Shown piece after piece: positions 1-8,726 of a stretch of DNA of 32,000 nucleotides. The stretch lies in the NCBI RefSeq assembly GCF_001457595.1, contig NZ_LN831039.1, forward strand, positions 3,000,001-3,032,000. Direction: 5' to 3'. Under the pieces are notes generated by a model. It was given only the letters and a program-made list of their open reading frames with translations, had not been told where the DNA came from and made no database searches. Position numbers and translations under genes: made by a program. The stretch comes from Mycolicibacterium smegmatis. Lineage in GTDB: Bacteria > Actinomycetota > Actinomycetes > Mycobacteriales > Mycobacteriaceae. Within the stretch, counting starts at the first letter, position 1. Every line of letters starts with the position of its first letter.

Positions 1-584
1 TCGGGCCAGTAGGTGAAACCGCTGCCCTCGTCGAGGGAGAACCAGGTGATCACCTGAGCCATCTTGACCAGGTAGTCGTTGAACAGCCCGGACTTGCCCA
101 TCACGCTGCATAGCCAGGTCGGCGCGTTCTCGTGCCGCACACCGCGGAAACTGGGTGAATCCAGGTGTCCCGGATCGCGATTCGCGCACGGACCGTTGAT
201 GTTGAACAGCATCATCTCCGGCTTCGCGTACTGCGCACCCCAGTAGTCCTTGGCGTGGTTGAGGAACGTCTCGTTGTAGAAGCAGTCGTGCAGTTCGGGG
301 TAGAGCACCGCACCGTAGTTGGCCAGATAGCCGCGGAACGTCGGGGTCAGGAACAGGTCCATGGACGGTTCGAAACCCTCGGGGAACATGCCGCTCATTG
401 TCGCCATCAACTCGTCGGCCGACGCGAAGTGCTGCGCGATGATCAGCTTCCACGGGCCGCGATCGTGCACCACGTCGAGCAGGCGCTGCTTCTGGTCGGC
501 GGTGTAGACATTGTCGACCTCGCGCGGCGGCGCCACGGGCCGCAGGATGTCGGACAACTCCATTCGCCGCTCATCGGTGAGCAT
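1..584 (-). CDS. Conserved hypothetical protein, N-terminal part only (runs off the left edge). A non-haem Fe(II) oxygenase-like fold is speculative.
   Basis: Absent from the ORF track because it has no stop inside the window. My translation of the minus strand from ATG 584-582 gives MLTDERRMELSDILRPVAPPREVDNVYTADQKQRLLDVVHDRGPWKLIIAQHF..., open to base 1. AGAAGGAG Shine-Dalgarno at 593-600, 8 nt upstream. Third codon positions are G/C-rich. PGHLDSPSFRG contains an H-x-D dyad, but I cannot assign a family by eye. Confidence 0.65.
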   Translation of the reverse strand, partial: MLTDERRMELSDILRPVAPPREVDNVYTADQKQRLLDVVHDRGPWKLIIAQHFASADELMATMSGMFPEGFEPSMDLFLTPTFRGYLANYGAVLYPELHDCFYNETFLNHAKDYWGAQYAKPEMMLFNINGPCANRDPGHLDSPSFRGVRHENAPTWLCSVMGKSGLFNDYLVKMAQVITWFSLDEGSGFTYWP

Positions 585-690
585 CAGGGGCACTCCTTCT
601 CTGAGATCCGGCGACATCCGCGCCGTTGCTTTTTCAATTCTGGTCGGCATCACCGGGGTTGGACCGAGCGATGTCCGGCCATCGGGAGGT

Positions 691-1671
691 TCAGCCCGCG
701 AAGGGCAGGGGATCGGCGAACTTCGCACGCAGCAGAGCACCGGTTTCGGCCAGTGCCAGACGCCCGCGTGCGGTGGCCTCGTAGCGCATCAAAAAGCCGT
801 GGTACATACCGGGATAGCGGGTGAGGGTGGTCTGCACACGCGCGGCGCGAAGCCGGTCCGCGTAGCGCTCGCCCCAGTCCCGGATCGGGTCGCACTCACC
901 GGTGACCACGATCGCCTGGGGCAGACCGCGCAGGTCGTCGGCATAGGCCGGAACACGGTACGGGTCGTGCGGGCTGCCCGCGCCGATGTCGGCCAGATCG
1001 TGCATGTACAGGATGTCGTCACGCGACAACATCGGTGCGTCGGGCATCTCGACGATGGACTGTGCGCCCATGTCGCGGTCGAGGCCCGGGTAGAGCAGCA
1101 CCTGGGCGAAGATGGCGGGCCCGCCGTGGTCGCGTGCGGCCAGGGCCACCGCGGCCGCCAGCCCACCACCGGCGCTGTCGCCGGCGACCACGAGGCGACG
1201 GGCATCGACACCGAGTTCTTCGGCGTGCCGGGCCACCCATTCGGTCGCGGCGTACGCGTCGTCGAACTGGGCGGGCGGCGGGTATTCCGGGGCCAACCGG
1301 TAGTCGACGGCCACCACGACCGCCCCTGCGGCCGCCGCGAGCCCGCGGGCCAGCGGTTCGAACGAATGCACGCTGCCCATCACCAGCCCGCCGCCGTGGA
1401 AGTGCAGGATGACCGGGGCCCCGTCGTGCCCGACCTGCTCGGGCCGGTACACCCGCACGCCGATCTCACGATCGGATGCAGGCACGGTCCGGTCGACGAT
1501 TTCGGCCATCGGTGGCATATCGCTTGGCAGCGGGGCCGATTCGATCGCCGCGCGCACGGTTTCCAGTCCCCGGTCACGGACCGGGGCGGGCTTGCCGAAC
1601 CCGGCGATGCGGGCGGCGGCGTCGGGGTCGAGGGGCGGGCCCTGCGGCGGGCTCGGTGGTGAGGTGGTCAT
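691..1671 (-). CDS. Alpha/beta-hydrolase fold-3 esterase/lipase (hormone-sensitive-lipase family)
   Basis: Track ORF 691..2133, trimmed to the internal ATG at 1671 (MTTSPPSPPQGPPLDPD...). HGGG oxyanion motif (ILHFHGGGLV), GDSAGG nucleophile elbow, and C-terminal HGF (GMYHGF). The longer ORF would run through the upstream SDR gene. Confidence 0.9.
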   Translation of the reverse strand: MTTSPPSPPQGPPLDPDAAARIAGFGKPAPVRDRGLETVRAAIESAPLPSDMPPMAEIVDRTVPASDREIGVRVYRPEQVGHDGAPVILHFHGGGLVMGSVHSFEPLARGLAAAAGAVVVAVDYRLAPEYPPPAQFDDAYAATEWVARHAEELGVDARRLVVAGDSAGGGLAAAVALAARDHGGPAIFAQVLLYPGLDRDMGAQSIVEMPDAPMLSRDDILYMHDLADIGAGSPHDPYRVPAYADDLRGLPQAIVVTGECDPIRDWGERYADRLRAARVQTTLTRYPGMYHGFLMRYEATARGRLALAETGALLRAKFADPLPFAG

Positions 1672-1679
1672 GATTGCGC

Positions 1680-2558
1680 TCAGTGCTTGGCCGGATCGAA
1701 GCGGCGCTCGGTACGAAGCTGCGGAGGCACCTGTGAGATCAGCACCTGAGCGCGTTCGGCCATGGCCGAGCCGACATACTCGGGTTGGGTCAGCAGGTAG
1801 AACGCCCCGCGCGCCGACTGCTCGAAGATCGCCTCTGCCGCGTCGATGGGATCCATTGCGGCGGCCTTGATGTCGAGCATCGCCTCGCGCTGCGACTCGG
1901 CCGCGTTCACGTCGGCGCCGTCCTGCCCGGAGTCCACCCCGCCCGCTGCCTCGAAGATGTTCGACTTCACCGCACCCGGCAGCACCGCCTGCACGTGCAC
2001 GTGATCGTCGTGACCGGCCAACTGCACCTCCAGCCGCAGGCATTCCGTCAGTGCGAGCACAGCGTGCTTGCTGATGATGTACGGCGCCTGCAACGGGACC
2101 GCGGCCACACCGCCTATGGAGGACAGGTTCCACACCCAGGCAGGGGACCCGTGCGCCATCATCTTCGGCAGGAACGCGCGCACGCCGTGGAAGACGCCGC
2201 TGACGTTGATGTCCATCACCCGGTTCCAGTTCGCCACCGGGGTGTCCCAGAGATATCCGAACTGTTCGACGCCGGCATTGTTCACCAGAAGGCGGACCGG
2301 ACCGAGGTCCCGGTAGGTCCGGTCGGCGAGGTCGGCGACCGCGTCGGGATCACGCACGTCACACTTCTCGGCCACGGCCGTGCCGCCATCGGACCGCAGC
2401 TCGTCGCGCAGGGTCGCCGCGGCGGCCTCGTCGACATCGGCGAGCACCACGGTCATGCCCAACCGGTGGGCGTACCGGGCGAGACCGGCGCCGATACCCG
2501 CGCCGGCGCCGGTGATGACCGCGACACCGCCACCGAAGGTTTCGCGTGCCTGGCTCAT
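1680..2558 (-). CDS. Short-chain dehydrogenase/reductase (classical SDR)
   Basis: Track ORF 1680..2855, trimmed to ATG 2558 (MSQARETFGGGVAVITGAGAGIGAG...). TGxxxGxG, NNAG and YxxxK (YIISKHA) motifs. Its start overlaps the upstream stop as ATGA (2555-2558). Confidence 0.9.
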   Translation of the reverse strand: MSQARETFGGGVAVITGAGAGIGAGLARYAHRLGMTVVLADVDEAAAATLRDELRSDGGTAVAEKCDVRDPDAVADLADRTYRDLGPVRLLVNNAGVEQFGYLWDTPVANWNRVMDINVSGVFHGVRAFLPKMMAHGSPAWVWNLSSIGGVAAVPLQAPYIISKHAVLALTECLRLEVQLAGHDDHVHVQAVLPGAVKSNIFEAAGGVDSGQDGADVNAAESQREAMLDIKAAAMDPIDAAEAIFEQSARGAFYLLTQPEYVGSAMAERAQVLISQVPPQLRTERRFDPAKH

Positions 2559-3088
2559 GCGCCCGCCGGTGTTGCCGACTTCGCCCGGTGCTCGGCGAAC
2601 GGGATCGAATCCTCGGCGTCGAGGATCACCGTCAACGATGTGAACACCAGGCCGTCGTCCGTGCGCCGGATGCCCGCGTCGACCACACCGGAGGACACAT
2701 CGAAGGGCACGTTGTTGGTCACCTGGTTGACGTACAGGTAGAAGCGGACCTTGGTGACCTCTCCCTGGGGTCCGGATTCGGTGCCCGTGCGGAAGATGTT
2801 GGTGGCGTGATGGCGCAACGGGTACGGGTTTTCGTCGCGGTGTTGCCGCAACCACGCCAAAGTGTCGGCGCCGCCGTGCAGTTCGGCGGCCAAGAGCTCC
2901 TCGAACGGGCAGGTGCCTGAGTCCGACCTGCTGACGTACTCCATCTCGTCGGCGATGAACCCGGCAAGCACATCGAATTGACCCTGGTCGTAGTGGTACC
3001 AGAACCGGGCGATGAACTCCTGGACTTCGGGGAGCGTGATCTCGTTGGTCATAAGGGGAGTCAACTCCGGTGCCAAGGGCTCGGACAC
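2555..3088 (-). CDS. SnoaL-like / NTF2-fold protein (ring-hydroxylating-dioxygenase beta-subunit-like fold)
   Basis: Track ORF 2555..3088. The protein (...EVQEFIARFWYHYDQGQFDVLAGFIADEMEY...) has the typical SnoaL_4/NTF2 layout. The start is uncertain: GTG 3088 or ATG 3052 (MTNEITLPEVQEF...), and neither has a clear SD. The stop is secure. Confidence 0.75.
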   Translation of the reverse strand: MSEPLAPELTPLMTNEITLPEVQEFIARFWYHYDQGQFDVLAGFIADEMEYVSRSDSGTCPFEELLAAELHGGADTLAWLRQHRDENPYPLRHHATNIFRTGTESGPQGEVTKVRFYLYVNQVTNNVPFDVSSGVVDAGIRRTDDGLVFTSLTVILDAEDSIPFAEHRAKSATPAGA

Positions 3089-3122
3089 CGTTGCGCCCGG
3101 TCAGCGGAACAGCGGTGTCGGC

Positions 3123-4124
3123 TCAGCTGGTGATGAGCTCCCACAGTCCGGCCCCGCCCGCCTGCAAGGCCGCTGTCGTGACCCGTTCGTCCCACGACCG
3201 CACGGAACCGAACTCGCCCCGCCAGGCCAGGGCGGCGCGCGTGTACTCGTGCAACCTGTGTTCGGCCGTGGTACCGATCGCGCCGAACACCTGGTGGGCG
3301 TTGCGGACCACCACCGACGCCGCGTGCCCGCAGCACGACCGCGCCACTGCGACCAGGAATTCCAGGTGCGGCGCCGACCACGTCGTGCCGACTGCCGCGG
3401 TGAGGGCGGCTTCGGTGGCGGTCCGGGCCAGCGTCGCCTCGGCGGCGATGTCGGAGATCATGTGCTGGATCGCCTGGAACTTGGCCAGGGGCCGACCGAA
3501 CTGGATGCGCGACGAGGAGTGCTCCACTGCGAGTTCGAGGATCGTGTCCATCGCGGCGCAGACCTGGACGGCGCGCACCAGGGCCGCCTTGAGGTGCAGT
3601 GTGGTCACCGTCGCCTCGGACACGGTGGCCCCATCGGCAGGCACGGCGGCGGACACGGTGTCGCGTGGCTCGCCGATCATGTTGGCACCGGCCGTGATCC
3701 GCACCTGGCCGGTGTCCACGTCGGAAACCGCGTGCTCGCCCGTCTGGGTCCGCCGCACCAGCACGATCCGCTGCGCGGTGGACGCCCACGGCACCGCGGT
3801 CGCCGTGCCCGATTCGTCGAGCAGGGCGACGGTCCGGGTTTTGTCGTCGACGGCAATTCCGGCGACCTCGAGCAGCCAGCAGGCCAGCAGGTCGTGCTCG
3901 GGAAGTCCCACGCGCACACCGGAACGCACGGCCGCCGCCATCAGTTCGGCGGCCTCGTGCCAGCCCGCTCCGCTGCCGCCGCTCTCTTCGGCGCCCGTGA
4001 GACGAGCCAGACCCAGAGTCCTCAGCTGGTCCCACAATTCGGGGCCGGCGGTGGGACCGTGTGCCGTGCGGTGATCGGCGAACACCGCGTTCATCATCGC
4101 GACCAGTTCGGCGTCGACGGTCAT
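3123..4124 (-). CDS. Acyl-CoA dehydrogenase family protein, short beta-type subunit of a putative heteromeric ACAD
   Basis: Track ORF, 333 aa. C-terminal ACAD motif IQFGRPLAKFQAIQHMISDIA. It lacks the mid-protein G-x-(S/T)-E-P-x-x-G-S-D loop. ATGA overlap with the upstream ACAD gene (4121-4124). Confidence 0.85.
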   Translation of the reverse strand: MTVDAELVAMMNAVFADHRTAHGPTAGPELWDQLRTLGLARLTGAEESGGSGAGWHEAAELMAAAVRSGVRVGLPEHDLLACWLLEVAGIAVDDKTRTVALLDESGTATAVPWASTAQRIVLVRRTQTGEHAVSDVDTGQVRITAGANMIGEPRDTVSAAVPADGATVSEATVTTLHLKAALVRAVQVCAAMDTILELAVEHSSSRIQFGRPLAKFQAIQHMISDIAAEATLARTATEAALTAAVGTTWSAPHLEFLVAVARSCCGHAASVVVRNAHQVFGAIGTTAEHRLHEYTRAALAWRGEFGSVRSWDERVTTAALQAGGAGLWELITS

Positions 4125-5287
4125 CGCAACCCCAATCCCCGCGCGATCACACCGCGCAGCACCTCGTTGGTTCCGCCGCGCAGGGTGAACCCGGGACGCT
4201 GGTCCACCGCGGCGGTGATCAGATCCCGCGCCTGCTGCGGCAGGGCACCGTGGTCGCCGCGGTGCAGGTCGGCGAAGTCCGCGATGTCACCCTCGGTGGT
4301 GGTGCCCAGCACCTTCACCACGGCGGCAGGCACATCGGCGGGTTCGTGGCGTTCCAACGCCCCGGCCACCGCCATCGACATGTGGTGCAGGCCGGCGATG
4401 CGCGCGACCAGGCGACCGAGATCCGCGTCGCGGCTGATCCGTTGCCGCGCCATGTTGTCGGTGGTCTGCGCCAGCAGCACGAATGTCGACAGCAGGCGTT
4501 CCGGGCCGCTGCGCTCGAAGCTGAGTTCGGAGGTGACCTGCTGCCAGCCGTTGCCGATCTGCCCGAACACCATGTCGTCGGGGACGAACGCGTCGTCGAG
4601 GATCACCTCGTTGAAGTGGTGGCCGCCGTTCATCGAAATGATCGGGCGTACTTCGACACCCGGACCGTCGAAGCGCACGATGAACTGGCTGAGCCCGGCG
4701 TGGCGGTGCGCCGGGTCGACGGGCGCGGTGCGGGCCAGCACGATGAACGCGTGTGCGCGGTGCGCGCCCGACGTCCACACCTTGGTGCCGGTCAGCCGCC
4801 ATCCGCCGTCGACCTGCACGGCCCTGGTCCGCACGCTGGCCAGATCGGACCCGGAATCCGGTTCGCTCATCCCGATGCCGAAGAAGCACTGCCCGGCGGC
4901 GATCCGGGGCAGGAACTCCTGTTTCTGTCGTTCGGTTCCGTACTTCAGCAGTGACGGGACGATCTGCCGGTCGGCGATCCAGTGCGCGGCCACGGGCGCC
5001 CCCGCGGCCAGCAGTTCCTCGGTGACCACGAATCGTTGCAGGAACGAACGTCCGTGGCCGCCATATTCTTTCGGGACCGTCATACCCAGCCAGCCTCGGT
5101 CGGCCAGCGCGGTGGTGAACTTTTCGTCCCATCCGCACAGCCACGCGTCCACAGCGGGGGTGAACGTGCCCGCGGCGCGCTGCTCATCGAGAAAGGCGCG
5201 GACCTCGGCGCGCAGTGCGGTGGCGTCGGCGGGTTCGGTGTCCAGCGCAGGAACGAGACGGGGAATGGGCATCAGGCGCTGCGCCAT
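4121..5287 (-). CDS. Acyl-CoA dehydrogenase, alpha-type subunit that retains the FAD loop
   Basis: Track ORF, 388 aa. GIGMSEPDSGSDLAS loop, LSFERSG, and C-terminal GGTNEVLRGVIARGLG. Alternative start ATG 5272 (MPIPRLV...), which shares one base with the upstream TGA. The 5287 start overlaps the enoyl-CoA hydratase gene by 16 nt. Confidence 0.9.
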   Translation of the reverse strand: MAQRLMPIPRLVPALDTEPADATALRAEVRAFLDEQRAAGTFTPAVDAWLCGWDEKFTTALADRGWLGMTVPKEYGGHGRSFLQRFVVTEELLAAGAPVAAHWIADRQIVPSLLKYGTERQKQEFLPRIAAGQCFFGIGMSEPDSGSDLASVRTRAVQVDGGWRLTGTKVWTSGAHRAHAFIVLARTAPVDPAHRHAGLSQFIVRFDGPGVEVRPIISMNGGHHFNEVILDDAFVPDDMVFGQIGNGWQQVTSELSFERSGPERLLSTFVLLAQTTDNMARQRISRDADLGRLVARIAGLHHMSMAVAGALERHEPADVPAAVVKVLGTTTEGDIADFADLHRGDHGALPQQARDLITAAVDQRPGFTLRGGTNEVLRGVIARGLGLR

Positions 5288-6054
5288 TTCTCGATGCGGC
5301 GGGCGTGCTCGCCGTCGTGGTGCGCCAGTGGCTGCATGGCCGCGGCCATCCCGAGCGTGGATTCGAGCACGCCGGTGCGCGACTCCTGCAGGAGACGCTT
5401 GGCCATGCGCAGTGCGCGCGACGGATTGCGCACGATCCGCGCGGCCAGATCCTGGGCCGCAGAGAGCAGTTCGTCGTGCGGGACGACGCGGCTGACCAGA
5501 CCCCAGTCGAGCGCGGTCGCGGCGTCGACCCGGTCACCGGTGAACGTCATCTCGGCCGCGCGTTCGTAGCCGATCGCGCGTTGCAAGAACCACGTCCCGC
5601 CGTCACCCGGTACCAGCCCCAACTGCACGAAACTCTCGGCGAACGAGGCCCGTTCGGAGGCCACCCGGATGTCGCACATCATGGCCAGGTCGAAACCGGC
5701 GCCGACGGCGGCACCGTTGACCGCGGCGATGATCGGCACCTCCAGACGCGCCAGTGCCCTCGGGATGCGCTGGATCCCGTCCACGTAGGCGAACCGCTGG
5801 TCGATGGCGTTCAGACCGAACATGCCTTCGCGGTCGGCCATCTCCTTGACGTTGCCGCCCGCGGAGAAGATCTTGCCGGACCCGGTGAGTATCACCGCAC
5901 CCACCGTGGTGTCGCGGTTGGCGGCGTCGACGGCGTCCTCGAAGGCGCGGATGAAATCGCTGCCGGTGATGGCATTTCCGACCTGCGGAAGATTGATCGT
6001 CCACATCTGGGCGGCGCCGGAGGCACCGATCAGCAGAGGCTCCGATGCGGTCAT
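5272..6054 (-). CDS. Enoyl-CoA hydratase/isomerase (crotonase) family protein
   Basis: Track ORF 5272..6699, trimmed to ATG 6054 (MTASEPLLIGASG...) with a GAAAGG SD upstream. Crotonase signature IIAAVNGAAVGAGFDLAMMCDIRVA. The longer ORF would cover the aldehyde dehydrogenase 3' end. Confidence 0.9.
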   Translation of the reverse strand: MTASEPLLIGASGAAQMWTINLPQVGNAITGSDFIRAFEDAVDAANRDTTVGAVILTGSGKIFSAGGNVKEMADREGMFGLNAIDQRFAYVDGIQRIPRALARLEVPIIAAVNGAAVGAGFDLAMMCDIRVASERASFAESFVQLGLVPGDGGTWFLQRAIGYERAAEMTFTGDRVDAATALDWGLVSRVVPHDELLSAAQDLAARIVRNPSRALRMAKRLLQESRTGVLESTLGMAAAMQPLAHHDGEHARRIEKWRSA

Positions 6055-6082
6055 GACTCGGTCACCTTTCGTGTCGTCGCGG

Positions 6083-7504
6083 TCACGGCAGCTGCAGGGA
6101 CTTGGTCTGCAGGTACTCCTCGAACCCGAACCGGCCGAGTTCGCGGCCCACGCCGGACTTCTTGTAACCGCCGAAGGGTGCTGCCGGGTTGTACTTTCCG
6201 CCGTTGATGTCGAGCTGACCGGTCTGCACCTGCCGTGCGAACGCGATGGCGGTGTCGTCGTCGGCCGCCCACACCGCTCCGGACAGCCCATAAGGGGTGC
6301 CGTTGGCGATCTCGAGAGCCTCGTCGCTGTCGCGGAACGGAATGACCGCGAGCACGGGTCCGAACACCTCCTCCTGGCCCAGCTCGGAGTCGGGCAGCAC
6401 ATCGGCGAACACCGTGGGAGCCACGTAATACCCGGTGTCGCGGATCTTCTCGGGTCCGCCTGCCACCAGCCGCGCACCATCGCGCGATGCGCGTTCGATG
6501 AAGCCCAGCACGGTCTCGAACTGCCGCTGCGATGCCGACGGGCCGATCCGGGTGGCGGGATCCCACGGATCACCCACGGTGTACTTCGCCACCGCGGCCG
6601 CCACCAGGTCCAGCGCCTCGCTGTAGCGTGACAGCGGCACCAGCATGCGGGTCCACGCCATGCAGGTCTGCCCGCCGTTGAGGAAGGCGTTGCCCACACC
6701 CACCTTGACCGCGGTGGCCAGATCGGCGCCGTCGAGGATCACGTTGGCCGACTTGCCGCCGAGTTCCAGGGCCACCTTCTTGACGTTGCGGACGGCCAGT
6801 TCGCCGACACGGGCGCCGACCTCGGTGGACCCGGTGAACGACACGAAGTCCACGTCGGGGTGCGCGGCCATCCGCTCACCGATGACGCTGCCAGGTCCGG
6901 ACACCAGGTTGACCACACCGGGCGGCAGGCCGGCGTCGTCGAGGGCCTCGACGAACTCGAACACCGACAGGGGTGCCTCGTTGCTGGGCTTGAGCACCAC
7001 CGTGCACCCGGCCGCGATCGCGGGCAGCACCTTCGCGACCACCTGGTACAGCGGGTAGTTCCACGGCGTGATGGCCGAGACCACGCCGTAGGGTTCGCGC
7101 ACCACCAGCGAGTTGCCGATGCGTTCGGAGAACTCGAAATCCGCCAGGGCATCGGCGAATCCGCGCGCGACTGCCAGCGGGACCTGGGTCTGCACGGTCT
7201 GGGAGATGCGGATGGGCGCGCCCATCTCGCGGGTGATGGTCTCGGCGATCTGCGGCAGACGCTTCTCCATCGCGGTGATCACCGCGTCCAGTCGCTGCCG
7301 CCGTTCGTCGACGCCGATCAGCGGATCGAACGCGCGACGGGCCGCGGCCACGGCGACGTCCACGTCGGCCTCGGTGCCGCCCGGGACGTGGCCGATGACC
7401 TCTTCGGTGGCCGGGTCGACGACGTCGATGGTGCCCGTTGCCGCAGGCGCCACCCACTGGCCGTCGATGTAGAGGGTGGTGCGGTCGTACTCGTGATTGG
7501 TCAT
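6083..7504 (-). CDS. NAD(P)-dependent aldehyde dehydrogenase
   Basis: Track ORF, 473 aa. Catalytic Glu motif LELGGKSANVI, catalytic Cys motif FLNGGQTCMAWTR, and typical ALDH length. Confidence 0.95.
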   Translation of the reverse strand: MTNHEYDRTTLYIDGQWVAPAATGTIDVVDPATEEVIGHVPGGTEADVDVAVAAARRAFDPLIGVDERRQRLDAVITAMEKRLPQIAETITREMGAPIRISQTVQTQVPLAVARGFADALADFEFSERIGNSLVVREPYGVVSAITPWNYPLYQVVAKVLPAIAAGCTVVLKPSNEAPLSVFEFVEALDDAGLPPGVVNLVSGPGSVIGERMAAHPDVDFVSFTGSTEVGARVGELAVRNVKKVALELGGKSANVILDGADLATAVKVGVGNAFLNGGQTCMAWTRMLVPLSRYSEALDLVAAAVAKYTVGDPWDPATRIGPSASQRQFETVLGFIERASRDGARLVAGGPEKIRDTGYYVAPTVFADVLPDSELGQEEVFGPVLAVIPFRDSDEALEIANGTPYGLSGAVWAADDDTAIAFARQVQTGQLDINGGKYNPAAPFGGYKKSGVGRELGRFGFEEYLQTKSLQLP

Positions 7505-7522
7505 AGCTGCTTTCCGGTTGTG

Positions 7523-8638
7523 TCAGGGCACGATACTGGCGCGCACGTCGCGCTTGTTCTCGGCCGCCGAGAACGCATCGTTGATGTCTTCGAGGCGGTA
7601 GCACGCGGCGGCCAACCGGTCGAAGGGAAGACGGTCCTGGTATTCCGCCAGGAAGGTCAGCGCGCGTGACAGCACCGCGGGATCGTAGAGGGAGACACCG
7701 ACCATGGTCTTGTTGGCGAAGACGAACCGCGACGGGTCGAACTCGAACGTCTTGCCGATGTTGATGTTCCCGATCTCGACGTAACGGCCGAACTGGCCGA
7801 GCAGTTTGAGGCCCTCGTCGATGGCCGACGGATGGCCGACCACCTCGACCACCACGTCGGCGCCCTGCCTGTCGGTGAGCCGGCGAACGATCTTGACCCT
7901 GTCCTTGTCGGTGGTGGCCGTGATGTCGATGACCTCGTCGGCGCCGAAGGCCTTGGCCAACTCCAGGCGCTCGGGCACCCCGTCGATGGCGATCACGGTC
8001 TTGGCCCCGCGCGCTTTCGCGACGGCGACGGCGTAGAGCCCCAGAGCACCCGCACCCTGCACCACGACGGTCTCACCGAGTTGCAGGTCCACCCGTTCGA
8101 GGCCGTACATCACCTGCGACAGCGCACAGTTGGCGCCTGCGGCGATCTCGTCGGACACCGAGTCGGGCACGGTGTAGACCACCGCTTTCGCGGGCAGCAG
8201 GAAGTAATCGGCGTAGCCGCCGACGAAGTGCGGGGGTTCGTCGGCGCGGCCGAGCATCGCCATCTTCAGGTTCACGCAGGCGTTGCGCCGCCCGGCCAGG
8301 CAGTTGCGGCACGTGTGGCAGCAGAAGAAGTAGGGGAACACCACCCGGGTGCCCACCTCGAGCGGACGCCCGTCGGAATCGCTGTGCACATCGTCACCCA
8401 GAACCGCCACCACACCGACCATTTCGTGGCCCAGTACGGTCGGCAGCTGCCCACCGAGTCCGCGCGTGGCGAAGGTGCCGTGCCACGCGTGCACATCGGA
8501 TCCGCAGATGTTGGCGCGTGTCACCCGGATGAGGATCTCACCGGGGCCGACCTGCGGAACGGGGACCGTCTGGATCTCGAACGGTTTTCCTGGCTCGTCG
8601 AAACGCGCGATGCGACCCGTGCCTGAGGCGAGCGTCAT
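7523..8638 (-). CDS. Zinc-binding alcohol dehydrogenase (MDR family)
   Basis: Track ORF, 371 aa. GHEMVGVV catalytic-zinc motif, structural-zinc cluster CCHTCRNCLAGRRNAC, and Rossmann motif VQGAGALG. GGAGGAAAGG SD upstream of ATG 8638. Confidence 0.95.
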   Translation of the reverse strand: MTLASGTGRIARFDEPGKPFEIQTVPVPQVGPGEILIRVTRANICGSDVHAWHGTFATRGLGGQLPTVLGHEMVGVVAVLGDDVHSDSDGRPLEVGTRVVFPYFFCCHTCRNCLAGRRNACVNLKMAMLGRADEPPHFVGGYADYFLLPAKAVVYTVPDSVSDEIAAGANCALSQVMYGLERVDLQLGETVVVQGAGALGLYAVAVAKARGAKTVIAIDGVPERLELAKAFGADEVIDITATTDKDRVKIVRRLTDRQGADVVVEVVGHPSAIDEGLKLLGQFGRYVEIGNINIGKTFEFDPSRFVFANKTMVGVSLYDPAVLSRALTFLAEYQDRLPFDRLAAACYRLEDINDAFSAAENKRDVRASIVP

Positions 8639-8726
8639 GGAGCGGAATCCTTTCCTCCGGTGTTGTCCCGCAGGCTAATTCCGCGACTGGTCGGCCTGAT
8701 GGCCGCTTCCCGCCCAGCGGGCGCAA

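Noticed and set aside
511-2741. Plus-strand ORFs 511..1662 (383 aa) and 1785..2741 (318 aa), and minus ORF 25764..26735 (323 aa) elsewhere
   Set aside because: They are antisense shadow frames of the esterase, the SDR, and the SDR-pseudogene/NTF2 genes respectively. No motifs.
3012-5495. 827-aa plus-strand ORF, the longest in the track
   Set aside because: It lies antisense to two well-supported ACAD genes. The product is Arg/Gly/Pro/Ala-rich low complexity with no recognisable motif. This is a typical stop-free shadow frame of high-G+C DNA.
8680-8726. Possible terminator after the fadD-like stop (CGCCC-gct-GGGCG)
   Set aside because: The stem is only 5 bp and there is no U-tract. The downstream ADH gene has a strong SD and fits operon continuation.
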